Source: Bacillota bacterium (GTDB lineage Bacteria > Bacillota > Clostridia > Saccharofermentanales > UBA5734). Taken from it: a stretch of DNA of 32,226 nt. Position numbers and translations under genes: made by a program. Positions within the stretch are counted from its first letter, which is position 1, and the number at the start of each line of letters is the position of its first letter. A model generated the notes under the pieces. It did no database searches, was not told the DNA's origin, and was given only the letters and a program-made list of their open reading frames with translations. Below, one piece after another: positions 19,467 to 28,700 of this stretch. The stretch spans positions 1-32,226 of the forward strand of contig JAWSUP010000003.1 in NCBI GenBank assembly GCA_033549405.1, read 5' to 3'.

Positions 19467-19481
19467 TGAAGGGACCGGTGC

Positions 19482-20303
19482 ATGCTCAAGCTTATCGCCT
19501 TTCTTCTGATGCTGATAGACCATATTGGTTTTTATTTCGCCGGCAGTCTTCCTGCCGAGCTTGTTATGCTGATGCGCGCGGTAGGCCGGCTGGCCTTCCC
19601 GATTTTTGCCTGGATGGTGGCCCGCGGATATGGACGCACACATAATCAGTTTGTCTATTTCATGCGTATGAGCATTTTTGCCGTCATTTCTGAAGTAATT
19701 ATCAGAAGTGGCCATTCCCTGATCGGCCTGTCGATGAACTGGACCAATGTACTGGTCACCTTTGCGCTGGCCATTGTCGTCTTGTCGGGTTATCAACTGG
19801 CCACACATTCTTTTCTCGACATGATCGCCAGCCTCCGCCCGATCCCGCCAACAAACAACACCGTACCGACACCGCCGCGCTTCGATGTCCGCATTAATCT
19901 GGGCGGCATTGAACTGGATCCACGCATTGGCTTGCCTCTCGGTGTCCTGATGATCTTGCTGGCTTCCGGCGCTGCTGTCTGGCTCAAACCGGACTATGGA
20001 TTGTATGGTATCGCGACTGTTTTGCTTTTCTACATCATCCAAGACCGCGTCGATGAAAAATACCAGTTGAAATGGTCGGTCCAGCTCTTCATTTTGCTGA
20101 ACGCGCTTTTTGTACCGATCCGGATATTTTTGATGCACTGGCCGCTTGACTGGTCGATACTGCAGTGCCTGTCTGTCCTTGCCATCCCTCTGTGTTACCT
20201 GTATGACAAAGACCGCCGGCCATCTCCTGCGTTTAAGTACTTTTTCTATCTGTTCTACCCACTACACATGTTTCTGCTCAGTCTCCTCCGTTATCTGCTC
20301 TGA
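19482..20303 (+). CDS. TraX-family membrane protein (putative acyltransferase)
   Basis: LKLIA...MLIDHIG, GRLAFPIFA...GY..T, NVLVT, DYG..G, KYFFYLFYPLH; no conjugation genes nearby. Confidence 0.85.
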   Translation: MLKLIAFLLMLIDHIGFYFAGSLPAELVMLMRAVGRLAFPIFAWMVARGYGRTHNQFVYFMRMSIFAVISEVIIRSGHSLIGLSMNWTNVLVTFALAIVVLSGYQLATHSFLDMIASLRPIPPTNNTVPTPPRFDVRINLGGIELDPRIGLPLGVLMILLASGAAVWLKPDYGLYGIATVLLFYIIQDRVDEKYQLKWSVQLFILLNALFVPIRIFLMHWPLDWSILQCLSVLAIPLCYLYDKDRRPSPAFKYFFYLFYPLHMFLLSLLRYLL

Positions 20304-20346
20304 TCAGAGTGATTTTTCCTGCGGCAGTGAAAAGCGGATCAGAATC

Positions 20347-20355
20347 TGATAAAAT
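20347..20355 (+). promoter_or_regulatory. Possible internal extended -10 for leuS
   Basis: TGaTAAAAT with GTGAAA 17 nt upstream. Confidence 0.45.
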
Positions 20356-20396
20356 GTTTCAAATACACCAAAGTCCTGTAAAGTGAGGTTATCAAC

Positions 20397-22868
20397 ATGG
20401 CGTACTCAGTGGAAATCGATCGTAAGTGGCAGAAAATCTGGGAAGATAATGGATTGAATCAATTCAATCAGGACAATATAGATCGCAAACTTTACGTTCT
20501 GGAAATGTTTTCCTACCCTTCCGGAGCCAACCTTCACGTCGGCCACTGGTACAACTACTCCCTCTCTGACTCTTGGGCACGCATGAATCGCATGCAGGGC
20601 TACGAAGTTTTCCAGCCGATGGGGTTTGATGCATTTGGTCTGCCGGCAGAAAACTTCGCCATCAAGACGGGTATTCACCCGCAGGATAGCACTCTTTCAA
20701 ATATCAAGACGATGAAGAAGCAGTTGCGTGAGATGGGCGGCATGTTCGATTGGAACTACGAGCTGGCAACCTGCCAGCCGGAGTACTATCGCTGGAACCA
20801 GTGGCTTTTCCTTCAGCTCTACCGCCATGGTCTGGCCTATCGCAAAAATGCGCCGGTCAACTGGTGTCCTCGCTGCAATACAGTGCTGGCCAATGAACAG
20901 GTTATTGATGGCACTTGTGAGCGCTGTGAAACTGAAGTGATGCGCAAGAATCTGACCCAGTGGTTTTTCCGCATTACGGCCTATGCCCAGGAATTGCTGG
21001 ACAGCCTGCCGCAGCTGGATTGGCCTGACAAAACCAAAAAAATCCAGACAAACTGGATCGGCCGTTCCGAAGGTGCAGAACTTTCATTTACAGTCGAAAA
21101 AGACGGCAGTCCACTCATGGAACCAGATGGTCAGCCGCTCAAGCTCTCCGTTTTCACGACGCGGACCGACACCCTGATGGGTGTCACCTATGTCGTTGTG
21201 GCGCCGGAAAGTGAGCTTTGCGACAGATTGACGATTCAGTCCTGCCGGCAGTCTGTCGATGCATATCGTGAACTGACCAGCAAAGTGTCGGAAATCGAAC
21301 GGTTATCGACCGTGCGCGAAAAAACCGGTGTTTTTACCGGTTCATACGCAATTCATCCGATCAGCGGTGAAAAAGTGCCGATATGGACAGCCGATTATGT
21401 TCTGTCCGGATATGGCACTGGCGTGGTCATGGCCGTACCCGGTCATGACGAACGCGACTTTGCGTTTGCCACCCGCTTCAGCTTGCCGATCAAGCGGGTG
21501 ATTCGTTCAGCAGACGGATCTGCAGACGAACTACCCTATGTTGATAAAGGCATCCTGACTGACAGCGGGCCATTCAGCGATCTAACCTCGGACGACGCCA
21601 CAACAGCCATCCTGGCCGAGCTTGGCCCCAAAGGCATGGGCGAACTGAAAATCAACTACAGGCTGCGCGACTGGCTGGTTTCGCGCCAGCGTTACTGGGG
21701 GACCCCGATCCCCATTGTTTATTGCGATCATTGCGGTGTTGTGCCTGTCCCTGAAGATCAACTGCCGGTTGAACTGCCCTATGATGTGGCCTTTACACCC
21801 GACGGCGAGTCACCACTCAGGAAAAGCGACCAATTCATGGAGACGACCTGTCCGGTCTGCCATAAACCTGCCCGGCGTGATCCGGATACCCTGGATACTT
21901 TCGTCTGCTCGAGCTGGTACCAGTTCCGTTACGTCGATAATAAAAACGACCAGGAGCCCTTCAACCGCGACAAAGTTAACCGGATGTGCCCTGTCGATAA
22001 ATACATTGGCGGCGCCGAGCATGCCGCCATGCATTTGCTGTACGCCCGCTTCGTAACGAAAGCATTGCGAGACATGGGTTATCTCGATTTCGACGAGCCG
22101 TTTTTGTCGCTGGTTCACCAGGGCACCATTCTCGGAGCAGATGGTCAGAAGATGTCAAAGTCAAGGGGCAACACCATTTCCCCCGATGACTATATTCTGC
22201 GCCACGGCTCCGACGTGTTTCGCATGTACCTGGGTTTCGGTTTTGCCTATACAGAAGGCGGACCCTGGAATGACGATGGCGTTAAAGCGATTGCCAAATT
22301 CATCTCACGGGTTGAACGCCTGATTGACGATATCAGCGAAAAACCTGTCTCTGCTTCGTGGAAACCGGATCAGGCGGCACGTGACCTGCAATATGTCCGT
22401 CACTACACAATCAAGGCTGTCACGCAGGACGCAGGACGCTTCCAGTTCAACACGTCAATCGCCCGCATGATGGAATTGCAGAACGCCCTGAACCAATATC
22501 AGGCCGACTCGTCTTGCTGCCAGCCAGCCCTGCTGCGTGAAGCGGCAGAAGATCTGATCCTGTTGATGGCGCCTTTCGCACCTCATTTTTGTGAAGAACA
22601 ATGGGAAAAACTTGGCCACACCACCTCAATCTTCAACAGCACCTGGCCAAAATCAGATCCTCAAGCTTTAATACGCGCAACAGTCGAGATCGCAGTTCAG
22701 GTAAATGGAACCATCAAGTATCGACTGGACATACCGACCAATAGTGATCGGGCCCAGGTAGAAAGCATCATTATGGCCGAGCCGCGGACACAGCAGGCTG
22801 TTGGAGACAAGTCGATCGTCAAGTATATATATGTGCCCAATCGCCTTGTCAACCTTGTGATCAGATAA
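20397..22868 (+). CDS. leuS: Leucine--tRNA ligase
   Basis: [34 protein letters not shown] editing motif, [17 protein letters not shown]. Confidence 0.98.
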   Translation: MAYSVEIDRKWQKIWEDNGLNQFNQDNIDRKLYVLEMFSYPSGANLHVGHWYNYSLSDSWARMNRMQGYEVFQPMGFDAFGLPAENFAIKTGIHPQDSTLSNIKTMKKQLREMGGMFDWNYELATCQPEYYRWNQWLFLQLYRHGLAYRKNAPVNWCPRCNTVLANEQVIDGTCERCETEVMRKNLTQWFFRITAYAQELLDSLPQLDWPDKTKKIQTNWIGRSEGAELSFTVEKDGSPLMEPDGQPLKLSVFTTRTDTLMGVTYVVVAPESELCDRLTIQSCRQSVDAYRELTSKVSEIERLSTVREKTGVFTGSYAIHPISGEKVPIWTADYVLSGYGTGVVMAVPGHDERDFAFATRFSLPIKRVIRSADGSADELPYVDKGILTDSGPFSDLTSDDATTAILAELGPKGMGELKINYRLRDWLVSRQRYWGTPIPIVYCDHCGVVPVPEDQLPVELPYDVAFTPDGESPLRKSDQFMETTCPVCHKPARRDPDTLDTFVCSSWYQFRYVDNKNDQEPFNRDKVNRMCPVDKYIGGAEHAAMHLLYARFVTKALRDMGYLDFDEPFLSLVHQGTILGADGQKMSKSRGNTISPDDYILRHGSDVFRMYLGFGFAYTEGGPWNDDGVKAIAKFISRVERLIDDISEKPVSASWKPDQAARDLQYVRHYTIKAVTQDAGRFQFNTSIARMMELQNALNQYQADSSCCQPALLREAAEDLILLMAPFAPHFCEEQWEKLGHTTSIFNSTWPKSDPQALIRATVEIAVQVNGTIKYRLDIPTNSDRAQVESIIMAEPRTQQAVGDKSIVKYIYVPNRLVNLVIR

Positions 22869-22874
22869 AAAAAG

Positions 22875-23597
22875 ATGGATAAAGGCCTGTTGTATTTCTT
22901 TGCCATAACGGCCGGTCTGATCATCGGCCTGGTCATCTGTCGCCGCTGGCGGCCTTTGCTGGCAGAACGCTGGCGGGGATTGTTTCTGATTGTTCCGGCC
23001 ATCGTCATCTCCGCGCTGCCTTTCATAATCTGGCAATTGCGCCCGGAATGGATCTGGTCTGACGACCGCAGTTACCTGATGAGTCTCATCTTACTGCGGT
23101 CCCTTGTCTGGATATTGATCCTTCTGCTCAACCTGCTGCCGGTTCGCTGGTTTCCCAGACAAAATGGATGTGGCCTGACAGTTCTGCAAAAAATCTTCTT
23201 GCTGCCTGTCATAGCCGGACTGACCGGAGAGGCGATTGTCCTTCTGTTCAACAACGGCATCTGGCCTGTCTCCGACTCACTCTTGACACAGTCGGTCGGG
23301 CCCGCCGTCGCTGCCGGTATCCGCAACAATGCTTACCTCTTTCTTCGGGTTATCGACCAGTCGACCCGCCTGCCCTGGCTGGGTCAGATCTGGTCTTGCC
23401 CCCGGCTCTGCCTCATGAATCTGGCTGTACTACCGACCATCAGCCCCGCAGAGGTGACAACAGCGATCGGTTTATTCGGTATCGGTCTCAGCCAGTATTT
23501 TGCTCCGGATTGCCCTGTCAGCCGGCGCAAAAAGCCCCTTGGCAAAAGCAGATCCAGAAAAATCAAATGCAGAGAATTTACTTTGAAAGGCAAATAA
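22875..23597 (+). CDS. Membrane protein, DUF5317-like
   Basis: Several TM segments; NNGIWPVS and TRLPWLG resemble the NGxMPV and TxLxxLGD motifs. Confidence 0.55.
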   Translation: MDKGLLYFFAITAGLIIGLVICRRWRPLLAERWRGLFLIVPAIVISALPFIIWQLRPEWIWSDDRSYLMSLILLRSLVWILILLLNLLPVRWFPRQNGCGLTVLQKIFLLPVIAGLTGEAIVLLFNNGIWPVSDSLLTQSVGPAVAAGIRNNAYLFLRVIDQSTRLPWLGQIWSCPRLCLMNLAVLPTISPAEVTTAIGLFGIGLSQYFAPDCPVSRRKKPLGKSRSRKIKCREFTLKGK

Positions 23598-23686
23598 TCG
23601 TGTTTTCATGAGAACGGTTGTGATAAAATACACAGAAGCATTGTGCAATATGGCTGGTATCCAGCCACTCATAAGGGGGCAGTTAT

Positions 23687-24580
23687 ATGGGCAGGGGGAA
23701 ATTTTTCAGTAGATCAGACGGAACTTATCTTAAGAAAATTGATCCGTTTATGCGTTTTTTTCCATATATTATGAAAGGGCGCAACGAATCTGCGATCTAT
23801 TTCCGCCAGCAGATTGATATCACTGAACTCAAAGCCTGGCTTAACGAAAGGAACCGAGCTGCAGCTGCATCCGGGGAAGGTGTCAAGTCAACATTGTTTC
23901 ACGCCGTGCTGGCAGCCCTGGTGAAGATTGTCAACGAACGTCCGCAGATCAATCGCTTCGTCATCGGCCGCCGGGTCTATCAGCGCCATGAATTGATCTG
24001 TGCTTTTGTCATTAAGCGCGAGTTTAAAGATGACAGCAACGAAGAAATAGCTGTTATGAAATTTTCACCTGACGAAACTTTAACATCGATCTCGCAACGC
24101 ATCCAGGACGAAGTCAAAAGTGTCAGGCAAAAAGCTAAAGAGGACGAGCTAACGCGACACGGCATTGTCAACTGGTTTAATTATCTGATGAATAGCCCAC
24201 GAATTCTGTTGCGCGGTCTGGTCCGATTTCTGGCCTGGCTGGACTATCATGGCTGGCTGCCCCGGTTTGTCATCGAACTCGACCCCATGCACAGCAGCGT
24301 GTTTGTCTCAAATCTTGGCAGCCTGGGGATCGACGCACCGTTCCACCATTTGTATGAATGGGGCACAACATCCATTTTCATGACCATTGGCGTTGCTGAA
24401 AAAGTTCCAGCTGTCGCATCTGACGGGTCAATTGCGGTTCGTGATGTCGTCAACATCGCTTTTACCATCGATGAGCGCATCAGCGACGGTTATTATTTTG
24501 CCCGCTCGATGAAGCGTTTCCGCTATTTTCTGGAAAAGCCCGAAGAGTTGGAAAAGGCGGCCAAAATTCCTGACAAATAA
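23687..24580 (+). CDS. Stand-alone 2-oxoacid dehydrogenase E2 catalytic-domain-like (CAT-fold) acyltransferase
   Basis: RPQINRF, VSNLGSLG, TIDERISDG (cf. DHRxxDG); no lipoyl domain. Confidence 0.8.
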   Translation: MGRGKFFSRSDGTYLKKIDPFMRFFPYIMKGRNESAIYFRQQIDITELKAWLNERNRAAAASGEGVKSTLFHAVLAALVKIVNERPQINRFVIGRRVYQRHELICAFVIKREFKDDSNEEIAVMKFSPDETLTSISQRIQDEVKSVRQKAKEDELTRHGIVNWFNYLMNSPRILLRGLVRFLAWLDYHGWLPRFVIELDPMHSSVFVSNLGSLGIDAPFHHLYEWGTTSIFMTIGVAEKVPAVASDGSIAVRDVVNIAFTIDERISDGYYFARSMKRFRYFLEKPEELEKAAKIPDK

Positions 24581-24655
24581 GTCAGATCATGGGTCGAAAG
24601 CTGAGGTTTATTTCCAGATAATTATTGATTGGTTCACTTTTTGTAACTTATAACG

Positions 24656-24684
24656 TTGTCCGAAGGCGTGTTCTGCGTTACAAT
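24656..24684 (+). promoter_or_regulatory. SigA promoter of the DUF1858 gene
   Basis: TTGTCC-17 nt-TACAAT. Confidence 0.65.
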
Positions 24685-24731
24685 AGTCAGAAGAAATAAA
24701 CAGATCTCACGATCTGCCAGGAGGAATACAC

Positions 24732-24953
24732 ATGGTCATTACAAAAGATATGATTATCGGCGAAGTATTAAATATTGACAGGGGAACCATACCGATTTTT
24801 TTCCGCAATGGCCTGCATTGCCTTGGCTGTGCCATGGCATCAGGTGAAACCATTGAAGAAGCTTGTGCGGTACACGGTCTTGACTGCGACTTGCTGCTTG
24901 ATGAACTGAACAGTTTTTTTGAAGTCAAAGATTTGCCTCAGGCTGACGTTTGA
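24732..24953 (+). CDS. DUF1858-domain small protein
   Basis: ITKDMIIGEV, GLHCLGC, ETIEEACAVHG.D; AGGAGG RBS. Confidence 0.9.
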   Translation: MVITKDMIIGEVLNIDRGTIPIFFRNGLHCLGCAMASGETIEEACAVHGLDCDLLLDELNSFFEVKDLPQADV

Positions 24954-24988
24954 CCAATATCAGCTTGGGTTTTCCCGGTTGAAGATCT

Positions 24989-25017
24989 GCGGGCGTCCCA
25001 TGGCGCTCGCTTTTTTT
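24989..25017 (+). terminator. Intrinsic terminator after DUF1858
   Basis: GCGGGCGT-CCCAT-GGCGCTCGC hairpin followed by T7. Confidence 0.75.
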
Positions 25018-25018
25018 A

Positions 25019-25693
25019 TCAGTGACCGCTGTGGTGGTGCCTTCTTTGTGACTCTTTGATCCGACGTGCATGTTTTTTAGTCATCTTCTGATCTTTTTTT
25101 AGATCGGCAACCTGCACCTCAGTTGATTGATTGCGTCTAATGGCTGTCAGAACAAAGTAACCGCCAACAGGTTTGACCATCACTCCGCCAAACAGGCTGG
25201 CCAGCTTATTGCGGTACCAATCCAGTCGCTTCACGACCAGGCATAGCCTTCCGTTTGTCTCCAGCTGCCGATAACTTTGTTCGATCAGGCGACGCGCGAC
25301 AGAGAAATCCGTGTGATAGGGCGGATTGCACAGGATAAGCGAAAAGGTCAGGCCGAGAGCTGCCGCGGGACCGTCACCCAGGACAATGGTGACATCGCCG
25401 CAGTCATTCTGTTCGGCATTGTGACGGGCAGCTGCCACAGCGACGGGATCAATGTCGACCATCACGACAGACCGTGCGCCAAGCTTTTTGGCAACAGCCA
25501 GGCCGATCAACCCATATCCGCAACCAAGATCAAGCACGCGGTCCTCAGGCATCAGTTCTATTTGTTGCAGCAAAGCCATTGTTCCGGCATCCGGCCCGCG
25601 TGGTGAAAAAAGGGCCGGATATGTCGTCAGACTGAGACGATGCTGCCAGATTTCCACTTCGAATTGCACGGATAATCGCACGACCTTTCGCAA
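25019..25693 (-). CDS. Class I SAM methyltransferase, RsmC/MTS-like (start uncertain)
   Basis: LFSP...DAGT, VLDLGCGYG, DID, NPPYH. Confidence 0.88.
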   Translation of the reverse strand: MRKVVRLSVQFEVEIWQHRLSLTTYPALFSPRGPDAGTMALLQQIELMPEDRVLDLGCGYGLIGLAVAKKLGARSVVMVDIDPVAVAAARHNAEQNDCGDVTIVLGDGPAAALGLTFSLILCNPPYHTDFSVARRLIEQSYRQLETNGRLCLVVKRLDWYRNKLASLFGGVMVKPVGGYFVLTAIRRNQSTEVQVADLKKDQKMTKKHARRIKESQRRHHHSGH

Positions 25694-25704
25694 AGGATGT
25701 TGAA

Positions 25705-25713
25705 ATTATACCA
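25705..25713 (-). promoter_or_regulatory. Extended -10 for the methyltransferase
   Basis: TGgTATAAT on the minus strand. Confidence 0.6.
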
Positions 25714-25797
25714 TACGCACTTATTGTGTTTGATCAGAACATCATTGTAAAATGATCTTATGGACTGTGTTGCGATAAATTGACGGGAGATAGCTCT

Positions 25798-26673
25798 GTG
25801 AACAAACCATCCTGGTCCGGTCCGGTGGCAATCCTGGCTGCCGCGCTACTTTGGAGCACCGCCGGTCTTCTGATCAAATATATCCCCTAGCATCCGATGG
25901 CGATTGCATCAAGCCGCAGCCTTTTAGCGGCTATTGTGTTTATTTTCTATTTTCGCAGGCGCATCTGGGTGAGGATCAACTGGATAACCTGGCTGTCTGG
26001 TCTGGCACTTGTCCTGACCCAGTCATTTTTCGTGATCGCCAACAAACTGACTACGGCGACCAATGCCATCATGCTGCAGTACACCACCCCGATCTTCATT
26101 GTGATCATCGGTGCCATGTTTTTCAAAATCAAGCCGGCGCGCAAAGAAGTTATCGTCATGATCTGGGCATTGGCTGGAATCGTTCTCTTCTTTTTTGACA
26201 ACCTGAGTCTTGGCAACCAGTTGGGAAATGCGCTTGCGGTCTTCACCGGCCTGACATTTGCCGGAGTTTTCGTGCTTAACAGCCGACCTGAATGTAATGT
26301 TCCGACAGCTCTCTTCATTGGACAGGCCGGCACCTTTCTGATCGGTCTGCCATTTCTGTTGTTTCTGGACCGTTCTGAAATGACAGTCCTGCCGATCCTG
26401 TCGATCTTCCTGTTAGGACTATTTCAGCTTGGTTTGTCCTATATCCTGTTTCAATACGGCATTCGCCTGACCCGACCGCTCAAAGCCAGCCTGCTCTCGA
26501 TGATCGAGCCCATTATGAACCCGGTCTGGGTCTTCCTGCTTCTGCGCGAGAAACCAGGCCCACCGGCACTTCTGGGCGCCTGTGTTGTCATCTCAGCGAT
26601 CCTGTACCTGAATATAGGCAAGATGAAACAGGTCGGCACTGTTCTCCCGACAGCAAAAACACCCGAAATCTGA
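25798..26673 (+). pseudogene. EamA/DMT-family transporter interrupted by an in-frame TAG at 25888-25890 (residual ORF 25897-26673)
   Basis: GGGAG RBS, then GTG 25798 gives MNKPSWSGPVAILAAALLWSTAGLLIKYIP*HPMAIA in frame with the EamA body (ANKLTTATNAI.LQYT.P, ASLLSMIEP..NP.W). Confidence 0.75.
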
Positions 26674-26677
26674 ACGA

Positions 26678-26703
26678 TTGAACAAATTCGTTCAGTTTAC
26701 GTC
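26678..26703 (+). promoter_or_regulatory. Putative ECF-sigma promoter upstream of the serpin
   Basis: TTGAAC-16 nt-CGTC, matching the AAC-N16-CGT pattern. Confidence 0.45.
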
Positions 26704-26764
26704 AAAAGTACATGAGAGCAATCACCGGACTCTTATTCATGTCCAATGTCAGGAGGATTCGATC

Positions 26765-28072
26765 ATGAGAAAAAGATTTATCTATTTATTGACCGGCCTG
26801 GTTTGCATCGGCCTCATACTATCAGGCTGTTCATTCTCGCTGTCGATAGGCAAAGACCCGACAACAGTCACCGCAAACGGCAAAAATGTCGACCTGATGG
26901 CAGATGTCAAAGCGCAGCCCTGGTCTGAAGCACCCAAGATACCGGATCTGGCATGGCTAAAGGGCATCAGCCGGTTTTCCGCCCAACTATTGCAGGAATC
27001 AATAAAAAACAGCGGCAATGTTATGATATCACCCGCATCTGTCTTTCTGGCCCTGGCTATGACGGTCAACGGGGCAGACAGCACAACCAAGGATGCCATG
27101 CTGTCTGTTCTGGCCGATCAGAACATAACCGTCGACCAGATCAATCAGATCAGTCGCGACTGGATGGCGCTTCTGGTAAAATCTGAACCCAAAACCCAGG
27201 TATCTGTTGCCAATTCAATCTGGTTCAGGGACGGGTTTGTGCCATACAAGCCATTCTTACAGAGTAATGCCGATTTTTTCAAGGCCGGCGCCAGGCAACT
27301 TGATTTTGCAGATGAGAAGGCGCCCGATATCATCAATGCCTGGGTCAAGGATGAAACCAATGATCTGATCGAAAAGATCGTCGAAAAGATCAGCCCGAGC
27401 ACGGTCATGTACCTGATCAATGCCATTTATTTCAAAGCTGACTGGATGACGCCTTTCGAAAAAAATGAAACCCGTGAACAGGAATTCAATACGCCTGCCG
27501 GAGTTGTTAAAGTCGATTTCATGCATCGGACTGGTCCTATGCAGTATTTCGTCGGTCAGCAAGTCAGCGGCGTTGCCCTTCCCTACCACAATGAGCAGTT
27601 TGCCTATTTCGCCATTTTGCCAGATGAGAGCATTGATCCGCGCACTTGGCTGAACAGCCAGGAACCCGCAGATCTTTTTGCAACCATCTCTGCCATGATG
27701 GCCCAGAAGGCCAACACGTCCATCATGCTGGCGCTGCCTCGTTATGAAGTCAGTTTCGAAGACAGTCTCATCAATGAGCTGGAGACAATGGGCATGGGCA
27801 TCGCTTTTAACGGATCCAGGGCTGATTTTTCACGACTGAACGAGTCGCGTACAAAAGGTTTGTTTATCAGTGAAGTCAAACACAAGACCGTCATTCGCGT
27901 CGATGAAAAAGGGACAGAAGCGGCAGCCGTCACATCTGTAGCCATCGACGAAAGCGCGAACTGGGCCGACATCGAGCTCAATTTTGACCGGCCGTTCATC
28001 TATGGCATCATGGATCTGAAAACGAATCTGCCCCTGTTCGTCGGGATTCTTGAAGATCCGACAGGCGATTAA
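26765..28072 (+). CDS. Serpin-family lipoprotein
   Basis: AGGAGG RBS; signal peptide with lipobox LSGC; NVMISPAS, VANSIW, INAWV..TN..I, LINAIYFKADW, EKGTEAAAVT hinge, FDRPF. Confidence 0.93.
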   Translation: MRKRFIYLLTGLVCIGLILSGCSFSLSIGKDPTTVTANGKNVDLMADVKAQPWSEAPKIPDLAWLKGISRFSAQLLQESIKNSGNVMISPASVFLALAMTVNGADSTTKDAMLSVLADQNITVDQINQISRDWMALLVKSEPKTQVSVANSIWFRDGFVPYKPFLQSNADFFKAGARQLDFADEKAPDIINAWVKDETNDLIEKIVEKISPSTVMYLINAIYFKADWMTPFEKNETREQEFNTPAGVVKVDFMHRTGPMQYFVGQQVSGVALPYHNEQFAYFAILPDESIDPRTWLNSQEPADLFATISAMMAQKANTSIMLALPRYEVSFEDSLINELETMGMGIAFNGSRADFSRLNESRTKGLFISEVKHKTVIRVDEKGTEAAAVTSVAIDESANWADIELNFDRPFIYGIMDLKTNLPLFVGILEDPTGD

Positions 28073-28089
28073 GCAGCTTCATACAGCCA

Positions 28090-28359
28090 CTAAGGCCTAC
28101 AGAGGCTGCAGGGCGAATAACCGGCATCCAGGGCTTCTGATCTGGATTTAAAAGCGATCCTGTTCTTTGGATCCGGCAAAACGTGGCATGTCGGCAGGTG
28201 CAGTTTCATATTGCCGATATTCCCGATATACCGATCCTCATGAATGATGTCGACTTCTTCCTCTGCAGCTTTTTTCCTGCACTGCGAAAGTGCCAGAATA
28301 ACCAACCCGGCTGAGATACCGCAGATGGCCAGTAATGAACCCATGAATTTATTACGCAT
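28090..28359 (-). CDS. Small membrane-anchored protein with an Ada-like metal-binding domain
   Basis: N-terminal hydrophobic helix; YIGN..KLH.PTC...F.SR.EA..AGY.PC..C.P. Confidence 0.75.
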   Translation of the reverse strand: MRNKFMGSLLAICGISAGLVILALSQCRKKAAEEEVDIIHEDRYIGNIGNMKLHLPTCHVLPDPKNRIAFKSRSEALDAGYSPCSLCRP

Positions 28360-28584
28360 CTTCTCTTCCCTCATACATATGAATTGCTTTACAATAATAA
28401 AGCAGGCAGATACGGTTGCGTCCAAATCCTGGTCGGATCCTGGGATCTTTTCCCTGCTGTCATCATATCATGCCTGATCGGCCGATACAAACCAGCTAAT
28501 AACGTAATAACGTTCAATTCAACGGACCGGCTTATAGCCGCGTTGTGGCTTGGCCTTCCTTGGCCTTCGTTCCCGCAGTTAACC

Positions 28585-28613
28585 TTGTAGATTGTGGAAG
28601 ACAATGGTACGAT
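28585..28613 (+). promoter_or_regulatory. Probable SigA promoter of the GTPase gene
   Basis: TTGTAG-17 nt-TACGAT with TG extension. Confidence 0.5.
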
Positions 28614-28700
28614 CATGGTGCGGGTGTTTGCGCAGGTTTAGGGAATGAAGTCATAATTTGCAGGATTTGCCCTGCCCGATTGATCAGAGAGGGCTACAGG

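Noticed and set aside
19482-20303. TraX as evidence of a conjugative element
   Set aside because: No relaxase, T4SS, integrase or compositional shift nearby.
26678-26764. Longer serpin start
   Set aside because: The signal peptide and AGGAGG RBS point to ATG 26765.
28545-28700. N-terminal extension of the GTPase ORF and a long-range stem 28565-28574/28641-28650
   Set aside because: The RBS supports ATG 28701, and the stem spans the likely promoter, so it would not lie within one transcript.
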